This document shows, piece after piece, positions 12,070-28,600 of a stretch of DNA of 64,000 nt. This DNA comes from Parasitella parasitica NRRL 2501 (lineage: Eukaryota > Fungi > Mucoromycota): assembly GCA_025201805.1 (NCBI GenBank), contig MU619243.1, positions 141,236-205,235 of the forward strand, written 5' to 3'. The translations under genes were made by a program, and so were the position numbers. Numbering within the stretch: position 1 is the stretch's first letter; the number at the start of each line of letters is the position of its first letter. The notes beneath the pieces were generated by a model. That model saw only the letters and a program-made list of their open reading frames with translations. It was not told where the DNA came from and made no database searches.

Positions 12070-15000
12070 TTAAGCGTAAGGATTGGCAGCAAATACACGG
12101 ATCAAAGGAGGAGTCCTGACCATTTCAATAGTAAGCATGACTCTGATTTTATCCAATGCCTTGATAGTTTGTGAAGATTGTTCAGAGCTATAGCCAGTGC
12201 TAGCAGACAAACGAGAACTAATGATGGAAGCTCTCTTTGATGCAGACTTCTTGTTTCCTGTCAAAGTATTGGAGATGATTCCAGCTTTGGCGGCTGCAAG
12301 AGCAATAGCTTCAAATTGTTTGTCATTTTCCAGACTCAAATTGCTGCTGCTGTTGGTAGAACTGGAAGTGTTTGATTGAGATTGTTCAGGGTATGCAGAT
12401 AATAATTCTTCTTCCTCATATTCATCATCTGAGAGACTCCATTGTTGTTGTAGGCCTGTAGAGGGGATTACACCTTGCTTCCAAAACATGGTCAATGCGC
12501 GATCATAGGGGTCATATTGATGGCGCCACAAGGGCAAATTGGCTAAATGGATACGTCTTTCCATTCCAAATTCAGATAAAGACACATCAAAGTAGTCTTC
12601 ACTAACAGCAATTACACGAGCTTCGCCATACACGGTGGTAGTGACCTGAGTGCCTGTAACTACAGTTTGATGATTCACATGGGGCTGCTGCAAATCTTGT
12701 TTATGTACAAAGTATAAAGCAAGAGATAAAAGTTTGCTTTGTTCACGGGCTGCCAAGCTGGCTTCTTTCTTTACGTTGCAGTGTTGAGCAAGTTTTTGGA
12801 CTGTATCACGATCCAGGTAAAAGTGTTTATCTACAAAGATGTATAAATTAAATTCGTGAAAACTATTGAGGGGTCAATAAATTACAAAAAAAAAAAAAGA
12901 AACGTACCACCTGTTAATGCAGATTCCAATTGACGGTGCACCACAATATCTGTATATCTACGCAAAGGTGCAGTGAAATGAGTGAATAAAGGCACGCCAG
13001 TGGCAAAATGGGAATATTTCATAATGTCGAATGTTCCGGTGCAAAAGTATTTGGGTGGTTGCATGGTTTTCAAAACCAAAATCGATACCAATTGACGAAG
13101 TTCGTCATCCCGGATATCTTGAACTGATTCTTGAATTGTGATTGCGCTAGATATATCTAACTCGACGCCTAAATAACGTAAAGTGTAATCCTTCAGCTCG
13201 TTCTACGTATATAATGTTATTCATCTTTGCATGCCAACTCCTAATTATCAAAACTTTACAATCTTTCTGCTATCAGGAGGTGCTTGACGGCGTAACAGAG
13301 CTTGATCTGGGTATTGACTGGATATCTTTTGAGCAACACACTTGTTTGCCATGAATAAGAATTCCTTTACGATTTTAGCAATGTTAGGCCCAGAGTTCGA
13401 AATAGTGACTTGAGTAGGTTGGTTGGGATTATCAAATGTAAGATTTTGTCTTGATAAAGACATGGCATCTTTGGTATATCTTGCTTTGAAAAGACATTGT
13501 GCAATGCTGTACAACATGCGAACATCATTGTCAATGTCGTTGTCCTCATTTCCGTCAATGATTTTTTGAGCCTCTTCGTATGTCAATTGAGCGCTCGATC
13601 TAATTTTTGAAAGCCAAATATTAGACGTTAAACATTTTTTTTACCATACATAGTGAAATGGCTTACTTGACAACCGTTTTTCCATACCAAGTATCTAGCA
13701 GCATGCCATCGGAGCTAAGCTTCCAAATAACAGAGAAAGCAGGTCTGCAGCGGCAGGTGAGACAACGCACTTAAAGACACACAATTTACTTACTTGAGCT
13801 CATTCAACTTCAAATTGGCAACATCTATCAGTTCCATCGGTAGCATGGGTACTTGCTTTTGATCCAGGGCTACATGGACAGCTCTTGCTCTAGCCTCTTT
13901 GTCCAATGGAGAATGGGGTTTGATAAAGTATGAAATATCAGCAACATGGACACCCATTTCGAATGTGTCATCTCCGAGACGAACAATAGATAAACCATCT
14001 TCAAAAAGTGTACTTCCAGCAGGATCAATGGTTATCATACGATGCTGCTCCAATGTCAAATCACGGCGACTTTCATCCTGAGGAGATGTGAATTGGAAAG
14101 GACTGGGAGGAACGCATTCCATGACAGCATCCGTGAAGGGTACATCAGATACATTATTGTCTGCCAAAATAGCCTTGATTTGAACGTCCAAATCCGTGAG
14201 GATACCCAATTCTCTCTCCAAAGTACCAAAAGGATGTAATGAGGTGATAGGCCAGCGCTTGATGGAGCCAACAAACAGACGATTCTTGTAGTCGTCGTTA
14301 TTGTCCACAAAGTCTTGGGGCACTTGTTCAATGGGGATAGCGATCAAAGGCACACGTTTATCGGTAGCTTTAAACCAAACAATACGAGGCACTTCCTTTT
14401 TTCCGCCTTCCTCTTCTTCTTGCTGCTGTATTGCAGCTCTTTTGTTGTTGGGTCTCATCAGTGTCAAAGTGCCAGAAAAGACTTGGTTTTGAGCTCTTTC
14501 CAGGATAGCTACAACAACACCAGCATATTTTGGCTTTACGGCATCAATTTCCTCGTCACCGCCAAATATGATTTCATTTTCATCCTCTTCGTCAGGCAAA
14601 CGAGTTTTGACTTGGCCATGATTTCTTGCCAACTTGGCATCTTCCTTTTCCTGTTTTTCGCGAATTACTTTGTCGACATTGACTAGCCGAACAGCAACTA
14701 CGTCGCCTTCAAGTGCTCTGTTGCGATCACGAGACCCACAAATATAAATGTCACCGCCATCCAGCTCGTCGCAAGAGACGTATGCATCACTGCGATTTCG
14801 CTTGTTTACACGCAAGATACCACGTACCAATTGTCTTGCTCTGAACAAGGGCGTCAGAGCAGAGAAGGGCAAATGAGCAATGAAGAGAGGTCGACGCTGG
14901 TGAGGGTTGGCATCATCTCTGGAGAAATTGACACGAGTAGGGGTGAAAGGTACCAGGGAAAAAGATGATCTGTTACTAGCATTTGCATGGCTGTTGACAG

Positions 15001-15553
15001 AAGCGTTGCCTATAGTTTAAAATGTTAATATTGGTGGTGCCCTGTAAAACAAAAAGCAACATTTCTGCACATACTGTTTCTCCACTCATCATAGTTGCGA
15101 GACGAGCGGCGATTCATGGACTTTCTGTTATCCGGATTTCCAGCACTGCCATTGTTATTGTTTAAAGACAAACTCAACGATTTGCTGTTCATGGAAGCCC
15201 TCTTGTTGATGCTGCGGTCCATTACAAACGACTCGCCGTTTTCATTCAGGACAGGCAATTGCTGAAGTGAGGCACGCTTTTTAGCGCTGTTGTTGCTATC
15301 ATCACGTCTATTAAAGGTCCCCATCAGCTTAGCCTCGGCTTCGGCTAGGGCAGCCTCCCTTGATGAAAAGATATTCTCATCGCTAGGCCGTCTCTCTGGT
15401 CTGGCGTTACTACTCGTAGTGGCAGCGGGGGAGGGCGCTATGATAGGAGGTAGCGTTTTCAATGTGTTGATAATGTCTTGCAAAGAGTCGACGGTCATTT
15501 CTTCCTTGAGAGTGTGTAAACCCGCAAAGCTTCTTCGGTTCCTGCTACTGCTA

Positions 15554-15598
<45 letters not shown>

Positions 15599-15909
15599 GG
15601 ATTCAACAAGGAGTTTGTAGACTTTGAAGAAGATACGACAATGTCTGAATTTAGCGCAGAGCGAGATCCCTGATGTCGAGGAGCAGGCATCATAGAGACA
15701 GGCTTTCTGTGTCTATTGCTACTGTCAAACTGATTGGCGCTTGAAGCGTGAAATGTACGACGTTTGTCAGAGAAAGTTCTCGAGGAGATCTGCATATGAT
15801 GTTAGGGAAGGTTGACTGAAAGACAGGCAGGCTCTCTTACCTCTGGAACATCGAATAGACCTCTGGTGCTTTCAGGAGCAGTTTGCTGTTCTAGCGTCTC
15901 ATGGTTCAT
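12070..15909 (-). CDS. SSD1: Ssd1/Sts5/Dis3L2-family RNB-domain RNA-binding protein, probably catalytically inactive; multi-exon
   Basis: Disordered N-terminus, then RRPLFIAHLP...GILRVNKRNRSDAYV, DIYICGSRDRNRALEGDVVAV, IKRWPITSLHPFG, GVHVADISYF and FTHFTAPLRRYTDIVVHRQL. Six GT-AG introns reconstructed in frame from the ATG at 15909. Confidence 0.85.
15542..15598 (-). repeat. Hexanucleotide microsatellite (AGCAAC)n encoding NSNSNS/poly-S
   Basis: A (gttgct)n run on the + strand inside the Ssd1-like N-terminal region. Confidence 0.85.
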
Positions 15910-16063
15910 TTTTTTTGTTTTTTTTTGTTTTTCTTTGGGGCAACAATAATTCAAAAAGGAAAGAATGGAAAGGAGGGGAAAAAAGTGAGGGAAAAGAGAA
16001 GAGGAAAAAGGAAAAAGGAAAAGAACTATGTTGTGCTATATGTATGGTTTTTTTTTTTTTTTT

Positions 16064-16073
16064 NNNNNNNNNN
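16064..16073. other. Scaffold gap (10 N) after a poly(T) run
   Basis: Literal N bases. Confidence 1.
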
Positions 16074-17534
16074 AATTTATACAATGTGCTTGTTTGTGCA
16101 CCAGATTTGTTTTTTTGGGTTTGCTCCACACAATTTCATTCGCCAAGCAATAAAAAGGGAGTCTTAATGCCATGTTACACTTTCATCAGTTTTGCCACTT
16201 TTGCCTCAATCTCAGGTTATTTTGAAACCATGTCTCCAGTGTAAACCAACATGAGTGGCAGTAACCTGTGATGTATCAAAAACAAGATGGAGCTACATAA
16301 GGATTCTGCCTGTACTCTGTGGCTCGCGTACGTTAGGATGGTTCTCGCCACATCTCTAAGCGAGAAGCAATGACCGTAGTCTAATTTATCACAAGCTGAA
16401 CTCCACAATCTACCCTGTGTCGGATAGATATAAGCATTGCATAGCAGTATAAACCATATCTTTGTAGTAATTACATACTTTATTTAGAGCGTAGGTGATA
16501 CAAAATAAAATCGGCATCGCTTTTGGTTTCATTTGATGATGGTTTACTGCCGAGACTTTTTTTTTTTTTGCTGCACGTTGAAATATTAATAGCTTAACCA
16601 CTTGAAGAATGGGTAGGCTACAGAATGATATATATATACATATAATATATATCTGATGTTGGGCCAAAGACAATCATATACTCTCATGCTGTGTTATCCT
16701 GCAGACTCTAAATTAATACACAAACTAACAATCAAAGCGCTTGCAGCAAAGCAAATCAAGCCTATCCTATTTCTCGCAGACTTCAGATCAAGACGCACTG
16801 CTGTGACCATTAGAGCCCCTTATTAAGGAACACAGCTGTAGAAACCAAATGATGTATTCCTCTCTCGAAAAAAAAAAAAAAAAGAGTTGACCTAGCATTT
16901 GCCATTCTGTTTCCCAAGTTTTGTCGTTATCGTGTATTGGCCTTGATACAGATCAAACATTTTTTGTTTATTACAGAAAAAAGGGGCTCGTTACCACAAA
17001 AGTTCAATCACTTGAGTAAACAAAAGTGCTTGATGAAATCCCTGTTTCCAAGGCTATTGAGCTGTCAAAATCAAGCTGTTGTCTACCTGATTGTTTGCTG
17101 AATTTGGAATCGACCAGGCCTTTTCATTAAACATCAACACATGAAAAATGTTTATGGATTTAGACAGTAAAGATAGGCACTGCATCGTGTACGTTTAGGT
17201 TTATTACGCAGATGCTCTCGAGAATTAATTCCACATGTAGAACCTTGATTCTCAGTAGTTGCTGGGTACAGTGTTCCCAAAGCTTCACCATAGTGTTTTT
17301 ACTATTATTACAGAGCATCTTTGACAAAAGAGACACACAAGGTTTTTTATAAAACAGCTTCGTACGCATGTCGACGGTATACAAAATGCTCGTTTTTCAC
17401 CCGATAATATCATAGAAAAAAAAAGTGCGTTGGAGTTTGGCCGCTCTTGGCAGACAAGCATGCAAGGGCGTCAGCTAGCATTAGAAGACCATGATCTGCA
17501 ACATCGCTCAAGCATCAGATGTGACAGCCGGAAA

Positions 17535-17540
17535 ACGCGT
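17535..17540. promoter_or_regulatory. MCB-like element (ACGCGT) about 130 bp upstream of MCM6
   Basis: Exact MluI cell-cycle box hexamer in a DNA-replication gene promoter. It is a single copy, so function is unproven. Confidence 0.4.
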
Positions 17541-17601
17541 TTGTAAAGTCTTTTTGTGACCAAACTCTTTTCGACAATTTTTTTGCTATACTCACTCGTG
17601 T

Positions 17602-17605
<4 letters not shown>

Positions 17606-17638
<33 letters not shown>
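17606..17638 (+). repeat. (CT)n microsatellite just upstream of MCM6
   Basis: Visible dinucleotide run. Confidence 0.9.
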
Positions 17639-17641
<3 letters not shown>

Positions 17642-17669
17642 AGCAACAGATACAGAGACCATATTCAAC

Positions 17670-20873
<3,204 letters not shown>

Positions 20874-21224
20874 TATGTATTTGCTTTTTTCTCCCTTCTT
20901 CCTATACATCCCCTTCGTCTATCTATCATTATTTTTTAATTTTTTTTTTTTTTACTATTACTATATTACCGTGAATTAGGTGTAAATATTATTAATTTCT
21001 GCATTTCCCAAAGGGATGAAGGGATAAAAAAAAAACAAAAGAATTGTCAGTTATTTACTAATAAAGATTTGTTTTATTATAATTTATGATTGTAACGTCA
21101 AATTCTTGAAGGGACCAACCTATCCCTTCGTAAAATAATAAAAAAAAAATCAAATGTGTAATTAACATTCATGACTCTTATGAATGGAGAAAAATGTAAC
21201 TATACTAAGCTTTGATTTCAAAAC

Positions 21225-21230
21225 TATAAA
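21225..21230 (+). promoter_or_regulatory. TATA box of the small secreted protein gene
   Basis: TATAAA about 130 bp upstream of the ATG, followed by a pyrimidine-rich leader. Confidence 0.5.
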
Positions 21231-21358
21231 TACAGACACATCTTTGACCAATTCCCATTTTTTCATTATCCTCATCTAATAAGATCTTTCTTATCACTAC
21301 AACAACTCTACTCTACTCTACTTGTTCTTTAAACATTACTACTTCTTTACTCTTCAAA

Positions 21359-21805
21359 ATGGTTCGTGCTATTATCTTCGTTTCTGCTCTCGTTGCCTTG
21401 GTTGCCACTGTTTCTGCTGTCCCCCGTCCTGATGCTCCTTTAGTTGATGTTGATGCTGGAGACCACATTGGTACTGGCGATCTCAACTTTGATGATGCCT
21501 TGCAAAATGTCGTCAATGCCAACGATCTCCAAGTTCAAGGTATTTACTTGTTCATATTGCTTTAATATTTTGATGCTCACATCCTTTCTTATGCAGATGT
21601 TGCTTATGATGTCAATGCTGTTGCTCACGATGATGATGATGAGGGTCACCATGATGGCTGCGATCATCACCATGGTGGTCTCTTGCATGGCCTCCTCAAG
21701 CGTGAAGCTCCCGCTGGTACTGTCAGAATCGCCAGACAAAACCGTGGCAAGAAGATGATCAGCAAGAAGTCTGCCAAGAAGGTTGCCGGTGCCATGGTCA
21801 ATTAA
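21359..21805 (+). CDS. 129-aa secreted precursor: signal peptide, acidic/His-rich region, KR site, cationic C-terminal peptide; intron 21540-21596
   Basis: MVRAIIFVSALVALVATVSA|VPRPDAPLVDVDAGDHIGTGDLNFDDALQNVVNANDLQVQDVAYDVNAVAHDDDDEGHHDGCDHHHGGLLHGLLKR|EAPAGTVRIARQNRGKKMISKKSAKKVAGAMVN. The intron is GT-AG with a GCTCAC branch-like site, and codon usage is strongly biased. Confidence 0.85.
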
Positions 21806-22421
21806 ATGTTTGTTCCCTGATTTACATTCATCCTTTCTTATAGAACTTCATTTTTTTTTTTTCCATTTTATCTTATTCTTTTTTTAATCATATTAACATG
21901 ATCATCTTTATACTACATCTAAACATAAACAAATTAAACCAACATTAATAAAACCAACATTACCTATATTCTTTCTGCGTAGTACTGTTTGTATTGCTGA
22001 ATTATAGTTGCCATAAATTGTATCACAGCAGCTATCAATGTTTGAAATGTTCATTGGGATATCTTTTGGTATGCTGATTTTAACTATTCTTATCACATAT
22101 ATCAAAAAATTACATCACGTATGATATCACCTTGGATATTTTGTTAAATAAATGCGTAAATAAACATTTAATATGCACAGCAAATATATACTGTTACAGT
22201 AGAATTATTGTAAACCAGAGGGTTAACACAGAAATATATATCTCAAGAGTCAGAAACGCATACATTTCCTGAGAGCTTTTCCAAATCCATGGGTTGGAAA
22301 CAACAACGTCTCTCAAATGCTACTTTGTTTAGAATTGGTGTAACGAGTCTTGGGATTTTGGCTTTGGTGTTTTCTTAATGATATCCTTTTTATAAAATTA
22401 ACCTATTTATTATTACTTGCA

Positions 22422-23170
22422 ATGTACAACACAACCAGATTCTACCATTATCTACCCTCTGGCGAATTCGCTTGTGATGAAGAACCTGAATACCAGCCAA
22501 AACAAGATGGAGCGGTTATTAAGTCGTTGTACCAGATGGAAGGTATTCCAGATTATGAGCCTTCGCCCGAGGATGAAGATGATGGTTATTTTAATATAGC
22601 AGTGGCTATGGAAGAAATTGATTTAAAAGCAACGCCTCTACCTAATATGATTTGGACACCAAATGAAGTACCGGATTTTGGAGCAAGAGCCATATTTGAT
22701 TTCGTCAAGATGTAATAATGATGAGCAGTTCGTCATTGAGATGGCACTTTTTCCAATGTGTTCTTTCCAGTGTTACCCCAGTGTTTTTATTTAAAAGAAT
22801 TTGTTCTGAGGATTAATCTATCTCTTTCTCTACTTTCAACTTTAATTTTTAAGCCTACAAAATGGTTACTACCTGCAGAACTTCAAACGAAAACATCAAT
22901 GAACAAAAGTCTCCCTCAAGAAACCATCATAGGGGTCCAAGAGGGGCACACAAAAAGCCCTCTCAAGAATTAAGAAACCTGGCTATCCAATATTGTGATA
23001 CGATGGGCGATAAGACAATCTCTCAGGCTGCTAGAGAACTGGGTGTCAGTCGCGCTACCCTTAGTACGTAGTCTGGATAAATCAAATTTGCACTATTTTT
23101 GTACTTTCAAACTTCATTGATGAGAAACATCTACATCGACTTGAGCGTAAAATTAAAAAAGAAGGTTCAA
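22422..23170 (+). mobile_element. Degenerate N-terminal/HTH fragment of an IS630-Tc1-like transposase
   Basis: An acidic N-terminal ORF is followed by an HTH-like TISQAARELGVSRATLST that ends in a premature stop. No DDE domain is seen. Confidence 0.45.
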
Positions 23171-25905
23171 GTTTGATTGGCCTGCTCAAACAAGTCAAAT
23201 ACCACTACCGTATAAACTTGAAAATGGTTAAATTACAAATCCATCAAAGTATCAAAGTATCAAACTGCATAACCGTACTAATAAGGCATTTAATTGCATG
23301 TATTCGTTAAACTATGCGTATACACAATGGCAGTTTATTTCTGAATCTAAGTTTAAACCAACGTTATCATTCTGTTTTTCTTTTAATTAAATATCTTTTC
23401 AAAATCATAGCATATTACAATCTCTGTTTTTATAACTTCGCATTTTCATTTTATGTTACATCTGTTGAGTTAAGTAAGCATATCCAATATCAAAGAAAGA
23501 ATATACAGCCGGGACTCGTCATAACGGACGGGATGGTGTATAAAAACGTGTTTGGTATAGCGAGGTATAACCCTATTCAGAATTTGATATATTATGAAAC
23601 TTAACTTTTGTTACTAAAATTAGCCACAACCTCCACCATAACAACAACTTTACTTTCTATTTTAAGTACTTAGCCTTATAATCACAAAAAAAGAGACTCT
23701 TGAGCTGACATTAAGCATTATTATAAGCATCAATGGTAATAGGGCTTCTCTATCACTAGCAATTAGCAATTTATGTATAATTCACAAATAGCAAGGGGTT
23801 ATTGCAGCAAAAAATTGTATCCATTAATTATCCTCTTCTGCTTCCAACTTGATGAGCCATACCTGTTTGATCATATTACTATGAAGAAAGGTATACTTAT
23901 GAATCAAAAATGCTTACTTTATAGAGCTGTGTCATGTACTAGAATTGATATTGACGTGATAGCATCTCCAGATAGATATCTTTTACAGCTTAAAAGCAAG
24001 AAATTTAGCTTCGTGTGCCATTTTTTGATTAATTTTTATAATCAAAAGTGCCCTGAAAACACCAAAAATAGTATCAATTGAGAAAAAACTATATTATATA
24101 TGATTTTGGTGCAATTTGAGCATGATTTTTTTTTCGATGCAAAATGACGGATTTTTTCGATTTTTTCCTTGTATCCACCCATTCAAAATCATTGATTATG
24201 CATTATCCTCGATTTTGACCTCAAAAATGCAACTTTTTACTATAGCATATATTGGAGGAAAATGATCGTAAAAGGTCATTCCTTGATCTGAAAGACTGCA
24301 AATGCGCTCTGATTAAGCAGAATGTTGACTTTTCCTTCTTAATCTGTTTTTGAGGTTTTCTAAGAAGAAATACTGCCACAAGCATTCGGGAATTATGAAA
24401 TGATACTATCGTGTAGAGCGTCCAAAAATACAGCTATTACCATAGACTCATAGCGGTGGTATGCATAGTATCAAAGGATGATATCTTGCCTCAAAGGAGT
24501 AATTTTTTTTTCAAATTGTCCAAATGGAGTTTCTGAAAGAATTTTTTCTTCCTGATTTTGGAAGCGTTTAATCTCCGCTATCAAAGAAAATTGGCGCTTT
24601 TTTGAAGAAAGCGTTAGCTTTGAGAAGCCATAGCTTACCCGATTAAAGGGATAGTCAATTACAACCTAGTTTTTTTAAATGATGTGCTTCTTGGCTTTCT
24701 AATGGTAGTACGTGCATGTCTGCAACTGGCCTGACAATCTCACGCTCCGATTTTGAAAAATACCTTTCCGAAAAAAGTCAGGAAAGCCGCTACGTCCATC
24801 TGATATCAACTTGAAAAGTACAATAACTTGCTCCAAGCTATGCAAATATGTGATCAAAAGGTGCCTTATATTCTAATGCTTTATTTTGAATTACTCGTTT
24901 TTGTGTTTGAGATCACTAAACATTGTTATCTTACAGTCTTTGTCTTTTTTCTGACAACAACCCACTGAAGTTCACGTAGCCAAAAAAAAAAAAAAAAAAA
25001 AAAATCAGGCGCCTAAAATCTACAGAACTAGCTTTACAAAGACACACATTTTTGAATCATTCCAAGATTATGAAAAAGGTGGCACAGGTTTAAATAGCTG
25101 TTCTACTGAGCAACTGGATATACAGAACCCTGCTTAGTACTTGTCTGTCAAGAACTTCTACACTAGAAGACGCCAGATCAACTGAAGGTATAAGAAAGTG
25201 CCAGAGAAAAGGAAATAACCTGCCACCAGGATAGCACATCCATTTATAAAAATAAAAAAAAACTATCTGTTTGGAAATTTATGAAATCCCAAGGACATAA
25301 ATGTGTTTATCTTCAACCTTGCTCTCCGTTACTGAATCTAATTTTAGGTTTTTGATCCAAAGTCAATAGACAACCGCAATCTTTTTTAAAGGCTACCTTG
25401 AACTTAAATATATGATGTATATAGCTTATATCACAACACATTCTCTTTGTATATTCACTGTAAATGAAACAAAGCAATTACTCTTTTTCTCTGAAATTAA
25501 AAATTCCTACTTGAGGAAACATTTCTCTTCTCTCAGAAACTTCTTGCCTTTTATCAGAAACAAAAGGTTTTTCTTACCAGAAACCCTAATAACTATTATC
25601 CCAATCTCCATGATCTTTATCATTTACTTGAACTTTTTTTCAGAAGTGGTAAAAAAGACTGTAGTGGACGCTTTTGATTATAAGGATGTATAGTTGACTA
25701 TACCAAATATTTGGGCCATTAAGGAAGTCGCTTAGACGTGACGTAATGATAAAGGGAAGAAGGATGCGGACTTTGCCCTCGCGACACGTAAGTTACTTTC
25801 AGTGTATATAGGATGTTCTAAGTGATATCTCCCTTTTTTTTTTTTTCTTTTATAATCAAACTTGTCAATAGACTAACAAACAGTTAATTATATATAATAT
25901 CAAAT

Positions 25906-27571
25906 ATGCCGCCTAAATCTGATTGGGAAAAGTGTAAGTCGTGCTCACTGAATGCTGGAAAATGAATGAGTATTTAGTAACATGTTTGGAATTATACAGA
26001 CGAAAAGAATATCGAGGATAAAGAGGAGGAGAAGATTGTTGGTAATGCCATGGATATAGGCAATCATCTAGCTTGCATTTATTAAAGAATTTATTATGTT
26101 TACAGCTTTGGATGAAGGAGATATTAAACTTTTGACAACCTATGTAATTATATTCACAATTTATCGACTATAAGCAAGTAATGTGTCCTAATTTGATAAT
26201 ATAGGGTCAAGGTCCATATACCAAAGAATTAAAATCTTTAGAACAAGACTTGAAGGATATTCAAAAGCGTGTAAATGAGCATATTGGTAAAGTTTAGATT
26301 TGGACTACTCATAAGCCGTGCAACTCACACCAAGTCAACATTTTAGGTGTCAAGGAATCCGATACAGGTCTTGCTGCGCCTAATTTATGGGATATTCCTG
26401 CTGATAAGCAAAGAATGTCAGAAGAGCAGCCTTTACAAGTTGCTCGTTGTACAAAGATTATTCAAGGAGAGAACAACGAAGATCCAAAATATGTGATCAA
26501 TGTCAAGCAAATTGCAAAGTTTGTTGTAGAATTGGTAAGACATGTGTCTCCTACAGATATTGAAGAAGGCATGCGTGTTGGGTAAGACTACAAGCAGATT
26601 GGGCTAGTGGCGGTTGATATTTACTAACAAGCATCATAGTGTTGATCGCACAAAGTATCAAATTCAAATTCCTTTACCACCCAAGATTGATCCCTCTGTT
26701 ACCATGATGCAAGTTGAAGAGAAGCCTGATGTCACTTATAGTGATATTGGTGGTTGTAAAGAGCAGATTGAACGTCTTTGTGAAGTTGTTGAATTACCAC
26801 TTCTCCAGCCAGAGAGGTTTGTCAATCTTGGTATCGATCCTCCCAAGGGTGTGCTATTATATGGGCCTCCCGGTACTGGTAAAACTCTGTGTGCTCGTGC
26901 AGTCGCCAACAGAACAGATGCTACTTTCATTCGTGTTATTGGTTCTGAACTTGTTCAAAAGTATGTTGGTGAAGGTGCTCGTATGGTTCGTGAATTGTTT
27001 GAAATGGCTCGTACAAAAAAGGCTTGTATTATCTTTTTTGATGAAGTAGACGCTATTGGTGGTGCTAGATTCGATGATGGCGCTGGTGGTGATAATGAGG
27101 TACAACGTACTATGTTAGAGTTGATTAATCAATTGGATGGTTTCGATCCAAGAGGCAATATCAAGGTTTTGATGGCTACAAACAGACCTGATACTTTAGA
27201 TCCTGCTCTTCTGAGACCTGGTCGTTTGGATCGTCGTGTTGAATTTGGTTTACCTGATTTGGAAGGCCGTGCTCATATCATGAGAATTCATGCAAAGAGT
27301 ATGAGTGTAGAGCGTGATATTCGTTATGAGCTCATTGCAAGATTGTGTCCTAATGCAACTGGCGCTGAATTGAGAAGTGTGTGTACTGAAGCTGGTATGT
27401 TTGCCATCCGTGCGAGAAGAAAGGTTGCTACCGAAAAGGACTTTTTGGAGTCTGTCAACAAAGTCATTAAAGGCTATCAAAAGTTCTCCAGTACTCCCAA
27501 GGTAAACTTTAAAGCTTCAATATCATCACTATATACTAACTTCGATTCTGTAGTACCTTATGTGGAATTAA
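25906..27571 (+). CDS. RPT1: 26S proteasome AAA subunit Rpt1 (PSMC2); 7 exons
   Basis: [84 protein letters not shown]; ends KFSSTPKYLMWN. Confidence 0.97.
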
Positions 27572-28305
27572 ATTGTTGTTTTTTTTTTCTTTATATACAT
27601 TATATACATTTCAAATAATACGACAAAAAAAAAAATTTGAAAAACATGAAGTCTTGGTCTTGATACAAGAATTATGATGGCCTTTGAGCGAAATTTAAAA
27701 ATTTAATCGAACTATATTACCTTATGATGTTTTAAAGATTTGATGCAATGTGCAATCTCATATAATGATTTAAACGGTACAATTGAGAAATTTGAATGGC
27801 TTTGGATACATGATTGTCCTTGATGTTTGTTTTGATATTTTTTTTTTTCTTCTAGTCATTGAGTACAAGTTTTTATTTTTGCATGATATATGTATATCCT
27901 TCACCATGTTTGCATTAGAGTGCATTCACATGTAATGCGCATGTTGACACTGTACATAATTTAACACCAGTAAATCTATAAATGCATATTTACTTGAATC
28001 ATTTGTTACAACACTTGCAATTTAATAAGACTGATAGAAAAAAATTGATTCGGCAATTAATATACCATACCTATAGGTCGAAAGCATCTGAGAAGAGGGC
28101 AGATATCTTTCTGTTACAGAAAATCTCAAGTACATGATAGCATGAAGATCGGTCCGAGATGTTGTAACACAAATGAAATATTATTGATGAGAGATCTAAT
28201 AGCTGAAGGTAGAATAATCAAGGCAACATTTAAACTGAAAATTTGATACAGTATATTTACTTTAAATGGTTGAATGGCTTTTTTTTTTTTTTTTTTTTTT
28301 TTTTT

Positions 28306-28315
28306 NNNNNNNNNN
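28306..28315. other. Scaffold gap (10 N) after a poly(T) run
   Basis: Literal N bases. Confidence 1.
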
Positions 28316-28600
28316 AGCCCAATATATACGATATAAGTATCTATACTTTATTTGTAATAGCGACATAAAAATTGAAAAAAATGATTGTGGTAATTATAGC
28401 GTACACTTATCATATACTAAATACAGAAAAATGAATAATTTAGGAAGTCATATGCAAACTGTAGAGATATTTAAACAAAACTGCATACAGTTTCCGTTTT
28501 GAGGGGCTGCGAGAGCATGCAATTATATCTATTTATCTAAGCTGTAGTAATAAATACGCAAGAAACCGCGGCATAAAGAAGGTGTGATTGATGAGGAGAT

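Noticed and set aside
21440-21758. Met-rich alternative-frame and antisense ORFs over the secreted protein gene
   Set aside because: Shadows of GAT/CAT codon runs in the real spliced frame.
25770-25782. TTTGCCCTC upstream of RPT1 as a PACE/Rpn4 site
   Set aside because: Two mismatches to TTTGCCACC, and no matching site was seen upstream of RPN10.
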